From contig NC_088716.1 in the NCBI RefSeq assembly GCF_963576615.1, positions 43,559,910 to 43,623,909 of the forward strand: 64,000 nucleotides of DNA, written 5' to 3'. The DNA is from Watersipora subatra. Lineage: Eukaryota. The notes beneath the pieces are model-generated. The model did no database searches and was not told the origin of the DNA. It saw only the letters and a list, made by a program, of their open reading frames with translations. A program made the position numbers and the translations under genes. Positions 1 through 11,157 of the stretch are shown piece after piece. The number at the start of each line of letters is the position of its first letter. The stretch's first letter is position 1.

Positions 1-25
1 ATTTAACTGAAAAGATTATTTGATA

Positions 26-1016
26 TACAGTCACACCTCGACATACGAGTGCTCGACATACGAGTGCTCGACATACGAGTGCTCGACATACGAGTGCTCG
101 ACATACGAGTGCTCGACATACGAGTGCTCGACATACGAGTGCTCGACATACGAGTGCTCGACATACGAGTGCTCGACATACGAGTGCTCGACATACGAGT
201 GCTCGACATACGAGTACTCGACATACGAGTGCTCGACATACGAGTGCTCGACATACGAGAATGTCGGAATATGAGCAAAATTCAGAGCGAGTTACTGCCT
301 TGAGATACAAGAAAACTTTGAGATACAAGCATACGAGCCGGTTTTCGATTCGGCCAGTTGGTGACTGAGTATGTGAGAGGCTGCATTCGAAAGCAGCATC
401 GCTTAGTCTTTCTCATCAAACCAGCTTGAAAAAAGTTTTTAAATTTATAGCAAAAGTGAGGCAAAAGGTGTAAAGTCCAGAAAATATGATAATAAAATTA
501 AAAAAGATCCTATTAAATTGGAGTTAAGTTTAGTAAAAGATTAAAACTCAGCCTTGGGTGTGTGTTCTGTAAACTAGAGTAATTTAAGGTAAATTCAAAG
601 TTTATTTTACAATACGTAGCTACACAAAAGTATAGTGTACCAAATGCGTTGCTGTCAAGCCTCTCCCACCGCTGTAAGCCGCCATACTATGTCTGTCTCA
701 AAGGTAAGAACTCCATACAGCACTGTACATAATAATTCTAAATTTTATTAAAGAGCACTAACCAGCACTAACCGCTAAATAGGTATTTGTTACTTTGTAA
801 GTGCAGGTAGTGAATTACAACAATTAAAAACACATTTTTTTCATCAAAATATTATGTTTGAAGTGGTTTTTTCATAACATGAAAACATTAATTTGTAGTT
901 AGTTATTTTATATAGGAAATATTTATAAAGGAAATATTGTTTTGAGATACAAGAAAATTGACATACAAGCTCAGTCCCAGAACGCATTAAGCTCGTATAT
1001 TGGGGTACGACTGTAC
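26..1016 (+). mobile_element. MITE family 1, copy A. It is a non-autonomous TIR element of about 0.8 kb. Its 5' TIR (TACAGTCA(T/C)ACCTCGACATACGAG) is internally expanded into a 15-bp tandem array.
   Basis: The 5' end is TACAGTCACACCTCGACATACGAGTG and the 3' end is ...CTCGTATATTGGGGTACGACTGTAC, its inverted complement. The body is homologous to copies at 11460-12246 and 36744-37565 (shared blocks GTTACGT.GCGTCACAAAAGTAT, TAAGAACTCCATACAG, AATAGGTATTTGTTACTTTGT). Confidence 0.8.
38..258. repeat. 15-bp tandem repeat (CTCGACATACGAGTG)n, about 15 copies, inside the 5' TIR of MITE1 copy A
   Basis: Near-perfect direct repetition is visible. The three overlapping ORF-track ORFs at 3-303 are artefacts of this array. 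Confidence 0.95.
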
Positions 1017-1157
1017 TAACCTGAGGGTAAAACTAGAAAAATTCAACAAACTAAACACACATGCTAAGGAAAAATATCAAATTTCCAGGTTACACAGAGA
1101 GCCTAAAACATTAGATTTATGTTCAAATCCAGAAAAATGGTAAAGTGGGTCTCTTAC

Positions 1158-1241
1158 CATCTTCCTCCAATTCGTGATCGTATGCCATGTAAGGCAGCAG
1201 GTCAAGTTGGAGAGACATCAACAGCTCAGCCATGGTAAGCT
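1158..1241 (-). CDS. PARP4: PARP4-like exon (C-terminal region); the gene continues beyond the window start
   Basis: Acceptor caattttag| and donor G|gtaaga. Translation (E)LTMAELLMSLQLDLLPYMAYDHELEED resembles PARP4 SELIAKEDVDFLPYMSWQGEPQE. Phase matches the previous exon. Confidence 0.7.
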
Positions 1242-2220
1242 CTAAAATTGCACAGCCTGATGAGCAAAATCAAAAAATGAAACGTGACAAATATTAAATT
1301 ATATCCCAAAAAAATAGGATAAAAAAGCATTTGAAAAGAAACCCACAGAAAAACTTCTTAGAAATATCCCAGAGATAAATATATTGATATTTGAAAAGTT
1401 TCAATAGCCCCGCACAAGTTCTGGTTACCAGTTCAGCCAACAAGTTACGAGTGTTTAGGAAGGAGGAACAACAAGTTGCAGCTATATCTACGTGTAGCAA
1501 GAAAATAACTTTTACATCTCTAATGCTGCGCTGGTTGGTCATATATAGGAATCATCTTATCTTGATTTTACAAAGATCAAAAACAGTAAGAAATTTTTCG
1601 TTGCAAGCTTTAAAATCAAGAGCTGCTAAATTTAAATCGATGATATACATGTAATAGAATTTATAGCTCGAACCTCCGAGTTCTAGCTGAACGAAATCAT
1701 TATTTCCTGTTACTACGTAAATAACAGCTATAACTTTGTTTCTGAAAATCAAGATTGAGCAAAAGAAATAATAAGGTATAAAGAGCACAAATAATTAGTC
1801 ACAATGAAAATATGTGAAAAACTAAAATATTACATGAGAATTTTGAACATTATTTTTTAACTAATGAGTAACCGTCAACTAACACCTATTAACGGCCATA
1901 ACTAACATTAACTAAAACTCATTAACTACCATGATCAGCATTAACTAATATCTGCCAACTACTATAACGAACCATGAACTAAGAGTACAAACAAACATGC
2001 ATTATATCAAAGAGTCAAAAGCACAAGTGGTGTCCGATAACTCAATAATTCCCAGTAAGAGTCTGGATTCTCTACAGAAGATTCCCATAATGAGACTGAT
2101 AACTGATCACTGATCTAATACAGTAATCACTCACTACTTCGTGGTTCAGTTTTCACGACTTCATTACATCGCGGGGCAGCTAATAATGAAAAAAGTAGAA
2201 ATAAAAATAACTAAAATATA

Positions 2221-3339
2221 TACAGTGAAACATGGATAACTCGCCCTCGGATATAGCAAACACGTGGTTAACTCGAATGGATTTGCTTGGTCCGTTCCCA
2301 CGCAATGATAAATGGCTCTATATAACTCGAACTCAACACTGTTAATTCGAACTGTCTTTTGCCCAACGGCTACCGAAACGGTTGCTATCGCTTTAGAAAA
2401 TCACTTTATTCAAAGCCACAGAGGTAAACCTCAACTTTTCGTAATTCATAAGCGTCGTTATTACCTCCATCGGCAAAATATTTTTGTCAACGACGTTTCT
2501 AAAGGTTTGGTGAAATTTGATTTATACTGCTATACGATGAATAGCATGCGCGCAAGGATTTTCGCCACGCACATACAAAACAAAAACAGCATGTTGTTTT
2601 TGTTTTGCATTTGCGTGGCGAAAATCCTTAAGTGCGTGACCCGGCTAACCCGTGATGAATAGTTTTCCGACGTTGATTCCGTGTTGAATCAACGTCGAAA
2701 TGTTGAATGTTTAAAACGTCTTAAAAATTGTTGTAATTAAACGTATACATTGTCTTAGCTAAAGAAAACTATTCATCGTTTGACCTAAACACAGAATACG
2801 TGTTTAAATTCAATAAGTATCCATTCAAAAAGCGTGAATGATATACAATGTACCGTAAAACCTCGTAAAACTTTTAATTGAACTGCCTCGGAGTGTTGCT
2901 CTTAACGAATCCCAGGTAAAGTAAGGTAATCTTTGCATAAACATCAAAAAAAATCGGCAAAATTGATCGTGGGTAAAACGCTCAAAAGAAAAAGATGTCT
3001 TTTCTTTTGAGCATTTCAGCAATGATCAAGTTTTGCCAATGTCAATCTAAAAAACGTCCTGGCAATAACATCACCTCAAACAACAAACCAATCTCAAGTG
3101 ATAGAAAAATCTCTATACTTTTTGATAAAAACGTTTTAAACTTTACATTAGAAGCATTTAATTTGAAACAAGCCATTTGTGCTTTTGATTTATATTATAG
3201 TTTGTATATATACATGTATCTACTAATAAATAAGTAAATACATGGACTTGTGACAGTGCTCTGATAACTTGAACGCTCTGATAATTCGAACACTTTTGCT
3301 CGGTCCCTTGAAGTTTGAGTTATCCGAGTTTCACTGTAT
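2221..3339 (+). mobile_element. MITE family 3, copy I (about 1.1 kb TIR element; TIR TACAGTGAAACATGGATAACTCG)
   Basis: 5' TACAGTGAAACATGGATAACTCGCCCTCGG and 3' ...CCGAGTTTCACTGTAT are inverted complements. Colinear with 31456-32402 except for an extra 2520-2900 segment. Confidence 0.8.
2563..2700. repeat. Two hairpin palindromes inside MITE3 copy I (39-bp near-perfect palindrome 2563-2640; 11-bp stem hairpin 2662-2695)
   Basis: AGGATTTTCGCCACGCACATACAAAACAAAAACAGCATG / CATGTTGTTTTTGTTTTGCATTTGCGTGGCGAAAATCCT and GACGTTGATTC..GAATCAACGTC. The segment is absent from MITE3 copy II. Confidence 0.8.
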
Positions 3340-3486
3340 TTAGTTTTTTCAGTCTGACCCTGTAGGATCCACAAGCAATATTGTAATAGCAGTTGAAACG
3401 GTTCGCTGTTTTTTTGCTACGTTTCGTAAAGTGCAAAAGTACTTGTGAAACTTTCCACATGCCCCCTTAAACACTCTTAAACCTCA

Positions 3487-3678
3487 TGATTCTAATGGAA
3501 CAAAGAAAGAGAGGACAATACTTACGATTCTAATGGAACAAAGAAAGAGAGGACAATGCTTACGATTCTAATGGAACAAAGAAAGAGAGGACAATACTTA
3601 CGATTCTAATGGAACAAAGAAAGAGAGGACAATACTTACGATTCTAATGGAACAAAGAGAGGACAATACTTACGATTA
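3487..3678. repeat. 38-bp tandem repeat, 5 copies (GATTCTAATGGAACAAAGAAAGAGAGGACAATACTTAC)
   Basis: Direct repetition is visible. Confidence 0.9.
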
Positions 3679-4279
3679 ATGGTAAAGTGGCATTATTAGA
3701 TACGAGTTTATTAGTTTGTATTTCAAGATGTTCGCTTATCGAGGGGGAGGGGGGGAGGCGCCGTCCCCTGGGGGAGAGGAGCTCCATCCCAATTAATCAC
3801 AAAAAGTGAGGGACTACCATAACTGGTAATGAGATCCACGAATAACCGATGTTGTTAGTGTTAAGAATAACACTAATAACATCAGTTTATAAATTAACTT
3901 CATAAAAATAATGCTAGGATTTTTTTACAGAGCCCAGAACAGATAGATTCATAGAAAGCTTATGGTTTGCATAATAACATGCAAGCCATGATACAAGCAC
4001 AAAATTGGGTTAATTTTCCGTATATAGGTAATTATGCATAAGTTGTGTCATCCCAAACCTTGTTTAAAACATGTCAAAGACCTCTATGTATCGCATCGAG
4101 TAAACAGACCTTGAATTTTGAATGTTAATTTTTATTTCTAATAGCAAAATTGAATCAAAAATAACGATTTATTCAGGAAAAATAGGGATAACTTATACAT
4201 GAGTAATACTTATAACAATGCAATTTACTGTCTTGAAATACATGAGATCGACTTATACATGAGTATATACGGTAACTAC

Positions 4280-4406
4280 CTGATGTCAGCTGAGACTCGG
4301 GCTCTTCTCCCCTCTTCTCAACAGCAACAAAGCTAGTGAACTGTGTGATTATACTGTACTCCTTGCTCATCTCTATGATTGAGGCTTTCTGTTTCTTCTT
4401 CAATAA
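4280..4406 (-). CDS. PARP4: PARP4-like exon (C-terminal region)
   Basis: Acceptor cttattacag| and donor G|gtagtt. Translation LLKKKQKASIIEMSKEYSIITQFTSFVAVEKRGEEPESQLTS matches PARP4 MKKQTLKSLIIKLSKENSLITQFTSFVAVEKRDENESPF. Confidence 0.85.
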
Positions 4407-4411
4407 CTGTA

Positions 4412-4526
4412 ATAAGAAGTTCATAAAATAGTAAAGACTTATCCTGATTTACAGTGCTTTTTAGAACTGAATGTAATAAGTTCATAAAATAGTAAAGACT
4501 TATCCTGATTTACAGTGCTTTTTATA
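4412..4526. repeat. Tandem duplication of about 57 bp, 2 copies
   Basis: TAATAAG(A/T)..TTCATAAAATAGTAAAGACTTATCCTGATTTACAGTGCTTTTTA(G/T)AACTGAA occurs twice. Confidence 0.85.
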
Positions 4527-4976
4527 ACTGAAAAAAGGTTTCTGTACTGTTATTCTATAGAATGTTTTAGATCTGTTGAAAAAGCCAGCCTTACCATGTT
4601 TTGTCTTTGCAAAAACATCTTCATTTGGACTATATTACCCCCTAGAAATTCATTACGTCAATTTATAGATACAATTTATAGATACATATCATATTACAGC
4701 TTATTTTTACTTTATTGGCAATAATTTCATTTTAAACAGGAATGTTTTCCAAACTATGTCATACACATACACCATAAAAAAGGGCAACATTTAGTAAATC
4801 AAATGAAATAAATGGTTTGACATATATAGCATTTAAAATACCTTTTCTGAGAACAGATATTAGGTGGGGCTAGTGCTGAAATTTTCAAACTATTTGTTTG
4901 TAAATTCTTGTTTTTCAAACAGTTTGTCCCGTAACGTAGATTTTGTTGAAGACTAAAGCAGAAACCAGGATCAAAG

Positions 4977-5390
4977 TACCGTACTTTTCGGACTATTAGC
5001 TGCTACTTTTTTCTGATGATTTGAGCCATGGGGCTTATATAAGGGTGCGGCGATTCTGTGACTTTTTCTTGGACCGCTAGGGCGCAATAACCATAATCTT
5101 CGGTTAGTGCGCCTTTAGCAGTGAAATAAAATACGAAACAACGCCTAACGATACTGTTCCGTTAGGCAATAGGTTAAAAAGTGTCGGTTAATACGAAACA
5201 GTGCCGTTAGACACTGTTCCGTTTTAAACAGCAAAGTTGCTGCCGTGTTAAAAAACACCGTCCTTAGTTCTGCGGCCTATGCAAAGGTGTGGCCTATGTA
5301 TTGTTTTATTATCGTTTTTTGGAAAATAAAGCAGATGCGGCTTATATAGGGGTGCGGTTTATAGTCCGAAAAGTATGGTAACTAGGAAAA
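4977..5390. mobile_element. MITE family 2 (TIR TACCGTACTTTTCGGACTATTAGC), full copy
   Basis: 5' TACCGTACTTTTCGGACTATTAGC and 3' ...ATAGTCCGAAAAGTATGGTA are inverted. Internal direct repeats GGCTTATATA(A/G)GGGTGCGG. A related 3' fragment lies at 27520-27634. Confidence 0.7.
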
Positions 5391-5460
5391 AAGTCAAGGC
5401 AACCTGATGATGCTCTGGGCACGAGTGTGACAAAACCATTCACAGACATAGTGAGTTGTA

Positions 5461-5880
5461 CATTGAGCTATATAATACTATGATACATTTATATATTGTA
5501 TAAGTACCATATTTCTAACAATATTTATATTATAATTAAATTATATATTATAATTTATATAATATTTAAATTTTATCTTTTTATACATATACAATTTATA
5601 ATAATATTATATATTTATGTATTATATAAATATAATATAAATATATAAATTGTATAAATATATACTATTTATATTTAACAATATTATATATTATAATATT
5701 GTTATATATTATAATATTATAATATTTAGAAATTTCTTAATAATTTTAGAATTCTAATATAATAAATGTTATATTTATAACAATATTTATATAACAATTA
5801 TACTATATATTATGTGGTATAATGATGTATATAAGATTTATATATTATCTGCATAATATATAATAATATGTATATTGAGC
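5461..5880. repeat. AT-only low-complexity tract (TATA/TAATA-rich), about 420 bp
   Basis: Visible composition. Confidence 0.9.
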
Positions 5881-5904
5881 TAGATAATAAATGAAGCGAC
5901 CCAC

Positions 5905-6066
5905 CTCATGTTCGACTGAGTCAGTAGAGAGACAGCCATTCTCCCAGTCCTGAATAACAGCCCTCGCAGCCAGTCTGTGTATTGTGAGGCCTGTACTTGC
6001 TGTGATGGGGGATGCAGACACAACAGTTGACACCTCCCTCCCATCGATTACAGCTTGTAAAGTCGC
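5905..6066 (-). CDS. PARP4: PARP4-like exon (C-terminal region)
   Basis: Acceptor ctgttgtgcag| and donor GAG|gtgggt. Translation ATLQAVIDGREVSTVVSASPITASTGLTIHRLAARAVIQDWENGCLSTDSVEHE matches PARP4 ATLCALIQEKEFCTMVSTTELQKTTGTMIHKLAARALIRDYEDGILHENETSHE. An alternative acceptor at about 6126 is possible. Confidence 0.8.
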
Positions 6067-6570
6067 CTGCACAACAGACAGGGATAGCAATAGCATTGAT
6101 TTGGAATGGCACCAGGCTAAAACAAGACTACAACCAAAGAATTTAGGATCGACAGAAATTTTTTTTACAATAATTAGATGATTTTACTGCTTCTAACTCA
6201 TTTTCGCAGCGGTAACTTTCATTTCATGAAACTGATAGAATGACAAAAGAATGTATCTAGTTGATGGTGTGAATGTGCCATGTTTGAAGTCTGGCATACA
6301 AATATTTGAATCCCATTGTTCTGATAACAAATTTGATTTTCCAAACAACCAGGTTGAATTTTAAAACACCCTATTTAAGTACTTTAGTATATTAGACAAA
6401 GAGGGAGACAATCGTAACATGTTGCATGCGCTTACTATACAGTCAACCATAATTATAATATACTAATAGGAGAGGTAGGTTTAGCTAATTGGCCAATTTA
6501 ACCAATTGACCTATTTATATCTATTATCTATATATATATAGATTTGAGAAATACACTATATCTACATATA

Positions 6571-7153
6571 CAGTGCCGTCAGAAATTATGAGACCACCTC
6601 ACATTTTAAGAGACAATTGGTGGTAGCAATGATTTACTGACTTAGTTTTACAAAAACTATCATAAACCATATACCATTAGATGCGGAATTTTCTACTGAT
6701 TAATATGAAGCAAATTTCCATCACATAACAATCCATACTTATTTTTTATCTCAATCGAAAGGCATATGCAACTGACATGAATAAAAAAACGAAAAGATAT
6801 TTTCGTTTTTTTATTCATTTTATTATTTTATTCATTTTTTATTTTTTATGCCAAACTATTTGACTTTGTGAGATTACAGAATGCACAACACATAGTGATG
6901 ACATCACGTTTTACCACTAACAAGCTATGTGGTCGGACACTGAAGAGATAACTTGATGACACTAATTCTATCACCAATGCTGTAAAAGAAGAATGAAAGA
7001 CTCCTGATTTACTTTACTAGAACAAGGAGAAAATTCTGCATCTAATGATGTACAATATGTGGCAAATGAATGAATTAATATGGTGCCAGCAGAGGTGCAA
7101 AGTTGAACAAAGGCGAGAATTATTGGGTGGTCTCATAATTTCTGACAGCACTG
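6571..7153. mobile_element. Tc1/mariner-like MITE (about 583 bp) with 28-bp TIRs starting CAGTG and flanking TA target-site duplications
   Basis: 5' TA|CAGTGCCGTCAGAAATTATGAGACCACC and 3' GGTGGTCTCATAATTTCTGACAGCACTG|TA. The TIRs begin CAGTG as in Tc1. No transposase ORF is present. Confidence 0.75.
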
Positions 7154-7204
7154 TATATATACATTTCTCAAAGTTTGTGTGTCATTCCAGCTATAGCTAT
7201 TAAA

Positions 7205-7300
7205 ATCTTGGAATAAAAAATCCGTGTCGCAGGAGATTTGATCTCGGATCAGTCCAGCACCAGTCCGATGCCTTACCAATTCAGCCACACAAGCTTGATA
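7205..7300 (-). other. tRNA-like or SINE-like fragment
   Basis: Minus-strand ...GGACTGATCCGAGATCAAATCTCCTGCGACACGGA resembles a tRNA T-arm/acceptor region followed by oligo-T. No complete cloverleaf could be built by eye. Confidence 0.25.
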
Positions 7301-8214
7301 CCTTCACGCGATATCTGTGAGCACATACGCTACAGCTTTCGGTCACGACGCAAAGTAATGGCATGATTGCGTAATGTCACGGAGAGGGATAGCTCTGATT
7401 CGTAAACTTACCCAAATTATCCATTGGCAATGTATCAGGCTAATAGCAGGTGATAGGCAACTCTCATTATCTCTCATTGTTTATAAGCTGATTTTAATAC
7501 TTGGGCAAAGCTGGGTAGCACAGCTAGTGTGCCGATACATATAGGTTTATATATAGAGGTACAATCACAACCAAATACATATCACTTACACAAGACCTAT
7601 TTACATTCCACTATATACTGTACACTACGTTATACTGTATATACCTCAATATATAAAGCCTGGAAAAAAGAAAATTCTAAGCTGTGGAAGTTTTCAAAAA
7701 TAACAACAGAGGCTAGACAACTCCTGTAATGGCAAATTATATGCAGAAATTTTTTTTCATGCAATGTATTACAACTGTATTGTTTTACTGAGTTTTAAAT
7801 AGGTTTCTTTTTTAAACTTATGTCACGGCTTTTAAAATATTTATGAATCGTCATATTATATTTCATGAAAGCCAAATAATACACAAACGATGGGATTCCA
7901 AAAGGTATAACACTTTTGGAAGTGATTTATATAGACAAGTGTCTCTTGCATTTAATAATTTCCTAAATTTTACTAACAATCATTATAAATCAATTATTAA
8001 TTGTTTGAACGCATCGGCACTTCGATTCTAAGCGCTATGTCCAAATTTTCCCTCTTACCTCATATTCGAACTAGCTGGGTCAATGTTTACGGCGGTAAAT
8101 CGTTATCGGGTCACGAACTTTTAAAAATCACAAGAATGTCATAGATTTACTTAACCGCATCTTAACTTAAGCAGAGTTCGACTTGAGCTGAAAATTTCTG
8201 TCTGTACAGAAAGC

Positions 8215-9690
8215 GTTTAAGATGCACTCTCATGTTAGCAAATGTTAGCAGATTTTATCGGAAAGTGTCGGTATTTTTCTATCATTTGTGATTGTTTTTT
8301 TATGCTTGTGTTGATCTGACTGATACGATATTTCCAGATTACAATTGACACAACTTGATCGCGGTTACATGCTCAGATCAAGAAAGTGTGATTATGACTT
8401 CTATAGTTGCAAAGAGACCGACAGATTAGAAAGGTGTCACGCTGCAACTTGGCCAATAGATCAATAGATCAATAGCAACTAGCGACGTCATTTCGCTTGT
8501 ATTTTTCTTCTGAGCAGTTTAGCCACTAGAAATTCCACTGTCATACAGCCCATGACCAAAGTGATATTGGAAAAAAAGAAAGTGTACTGATGGTTGAGAA
8601 ATGCAATATTAGCAGTGCAATAGGATAACTGCAATGGTAGCTGCAATGTACTGGGTGTGGGTGTTATTATATACAACAAACAGCAATAATGAAAGGAAAA
8701 GATTATATGTTTATATCTCTCCCCTGCAATAGGAGAAGTGCAATATTGGCCAATAATAGAAGTAAAACGCACTGATATTATTAGAATAACCAATATTATT
8801 TATATAGTAATAATAAAAAACTAATGCACAATTTTGTTTACATTTCAAAACGGCATAGCTAACAATATCACGAAGTTGTGATGTTTATATAGATTTTTAG
8901 AAAATCTGTACTACGTAGTCATTGTTCTGTAGTCATCCAAACTTATAATTAATTATTGTAATAATCTCATAAAAACCGTTAGAAAAAATATCATCGTCAT
9001 TTCCTTTACTTACACTGCGTTGGACATCAGTTAGAATACTAAAGTACTCAAAAGTGTCTAAAAATGTCAGTTACTTTGAATTCGGCAAAAATGAAACGAT
9101 TTCAGTACTCCTACGTTAATTACAAAAACCTTCGGCAATTTGACAATGCTATTATAGACTGGTGAAATGTGCATGTTATTTTTTCGTAAAATGCGCACAA
9201 CTTAATCGTTCTATTCTCTGTCGCTCGGCGTTTTAATTTCCGGTCTTGACTTTGATAAAAGTGAGGCTTAGCAAGTTTTAATAACGATTTTCGGCCAAAC
9301 AAATCTGTCTATTTATGTATAATCCGATCAGATGGGTTAGTTTTAGGAATTTGCGGTAACTTTTCAAAGGCTTGGTAACATATTGAAATAGGTTTACATG
9401 CGTTTTGTATCATTATTATACTTGAACGACTTTACTGAAAAATAGTTAAATTTGTTGATAAGATTTCGTTACAAGGGTTTGGTGACGGCCGATAACGGAT
9501 AATTTTCGGGAGTTGTGTGCACATGTGCATTTATCATAAATCTCCCAAACTAATCGCTTCGCTCGTGTTTGGTCGTGGGATGATAAAGTTTTGTTAATTT
9601 TAATCTAGAAACATCCTGACAGTCAGATCACCTCAAACATTAAAAACAATCACAAAAGATGAAAAATACTGATCCTTTATGATACAATCT
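8215..9690. mobile_element. Pair of inverted arms of about 125 bp (8215-8340 reverse, 9560-9690 forward) sharing the MITE3 internal module, about 1.2 kb apart
   Basis: The 9590-9690 motif ...TTTTAATCTAGAAACATCCTGACAGTCAGATCACCTCAAACATTAAAAACAATCACAAAAGATGAAAAATACTGATC and its reverse complement at 8215-8340. The same module occurs in MITE3 at 2990-3130 and 31900-32000. Confidence 0.5.
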
Positions 9691-9715
9691 ATTAAAATGT
9701 TGTACAAGTTCATCT

Positions 9716-10670
9716 TTAGGAACCCAAAGACTATCTTTAGGAATAACCCAAAGACTATCTTTAGGAACCCAAAGACTATCTTTAGGAACCCAAAGACTAT
9801 CTTTAGGAATAACCCAAAGACTATCTTTAGGAATAACCCAAAGACTATCTTTAGGAACCCAAAGACTATCTTTAGGAACCCAAAGACTATCTTTAGGAAT
9901 AACCCAAAGACTATCTTTAGGAACCCAAAGACTATCTTTAGGAACCCAAAGACTATCTTTAGGAATAACCCAAAGACTATCTTTAGGAATAACCCAAAGA
10001 CTATCTTTAGGAACCCAAAGACTATCTTTAGGAACCCAAAGACTATCTTTAGGAATAACCCAAAGACTATCTTTAGGAACCCAAAGACTATCTTTAGGAA
10101 CCCAAAGACTATCTTTAGGAACCCAAAGACTATCTTTAGGAACCCAAAGACTATCTTTAGGAACCCAAAGACTATCTTTAGGAATAACCCAAAGACTATC
10201 TTTAGGAACCCAAAGACTATCTTTAGGAATAACCCAAAGACTATCTTTAGGAATAACCCAAAGACTATCTTTAGGAATAACCCAAAGACTATCTTTAGGA
10301 ACCCAAAGACTATCTTTAGGAATAACCCAAAGACTATCTTTAGGAACCCAAAGACTATCTTTAGGAATAACCCAAAGACTATCTTTAGGAATAACCCAAA
10401 GACTATCTTTAGGAATAACCCAAAGACTATCTTTAGGAATAACCCAAAGACTATCTTTAGGAATAACCCAAAGACTATCTTTAGGAATAACCCAAAGACT
10501 ATCTTTAGGAATAACCCAAAGACTATCTTTAGGAATAACCCAAAGACTATCTTTAGGAATAACCCAAAGACTATCTTTAGGAATAACCCAAAGACTATCT
10601 TTAGGAATAACCCAAAGACTATCTTTAGGAATAACCCAAAGACTATCTTTAGGAATAACGCAAAGACTAA
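9716..10670. repeat. Minisatellite of about 40 units with two alternating unit lengths: 23 bp (CCAAAGACTATCTTTAGGAAC) and 26 bp (with a TAA insertion)
   Basis: Direct repetition is visible. It lies about 45 bp downstream (in gene orientation) of the donor of the exon at 10717-10887. The ORF-track ORF 9679-10773 is an artefact of this array. Confidence 0.95.
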
Positions 10671-10716
10671 GGGACCATCAAGATTGCTAAGGAAACAAAT
10701 AAACCAACATGCCTAC

Positions 10717-10887
10717 CATAAAGCAATTCGAAGCAAAGCCATAGACAACAATCCGATTGCCATTGAACACTGAAGGAATAGAGGCTGGTGCCTGAAGTGG
10801 TGCAGGCATATCCGTGTTCTGCTCCTGCCATATTACCTTAACCTGAGATAGCAAGGGTTCCCCTGCCTTCTCAACAACCTCTTTGAT
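10717..10887 (-). CDS. PARP4: PARP4-like exon (post-VWA)
   Basis: Acceptor ttcttatag| and donor ATG|gtaggc. Translation IKEVVEKAGEPLLSQVKVIWQEQNTDMPAPLQAPASIPSVFNGNRIVVYGFASNCFM matches PARP4 ...VKWQQLNPDAPEALQAPAQVPSLFRNDRLLVYGFIPHCTQ. Confidence 0.8.
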
Positions 10888-11157
10888 CTATAAGAAATTC
10901 AGTCAGAAACATCACAAGATCGCAAATGTAATTTAAAGGAGAAGACAAATTACAAAGATGATGGTCAATGATAGCACCAGCAGGAAGTTAACATGATACT
11001 AAATAGTAGCTGTTCAAGTCTTGCAGTGTAACAACATAAAATATGAGGGTTTCATACTAGCAGCCATACGTATTGACCCTTCAGACAAACTTGTGGTAGA
11101 GTTGTACCATAGTAAAGTTATTATTATCACCAGAAAAAATTAGCTTAGCGCGCCTAC

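Noticed and set aside
3-303. Three overlapping 84-91 aa ORFs (both strands) at the window start
   Set aside because: They are produced by the 15-bp tandem array (CTCGACATACGAGTG)n; their periodic amino-acid sequences are artefacts.
9716-10670. CRISPR-array interpretation of the regular repeat arrays (also 38-258 and 21283-21690)
   Set aside because: The units are contiguous with no unique spacers, the context is eukaryotic intronic, and there are no cas genes.
9679-10773. 364-aa plus-strand ORF (NPKTIFR repeats)
   Set aside because: It is a read-through of the 23/26-bp minisatellite. It lies in an intron, antisense to the PARP4 gene.
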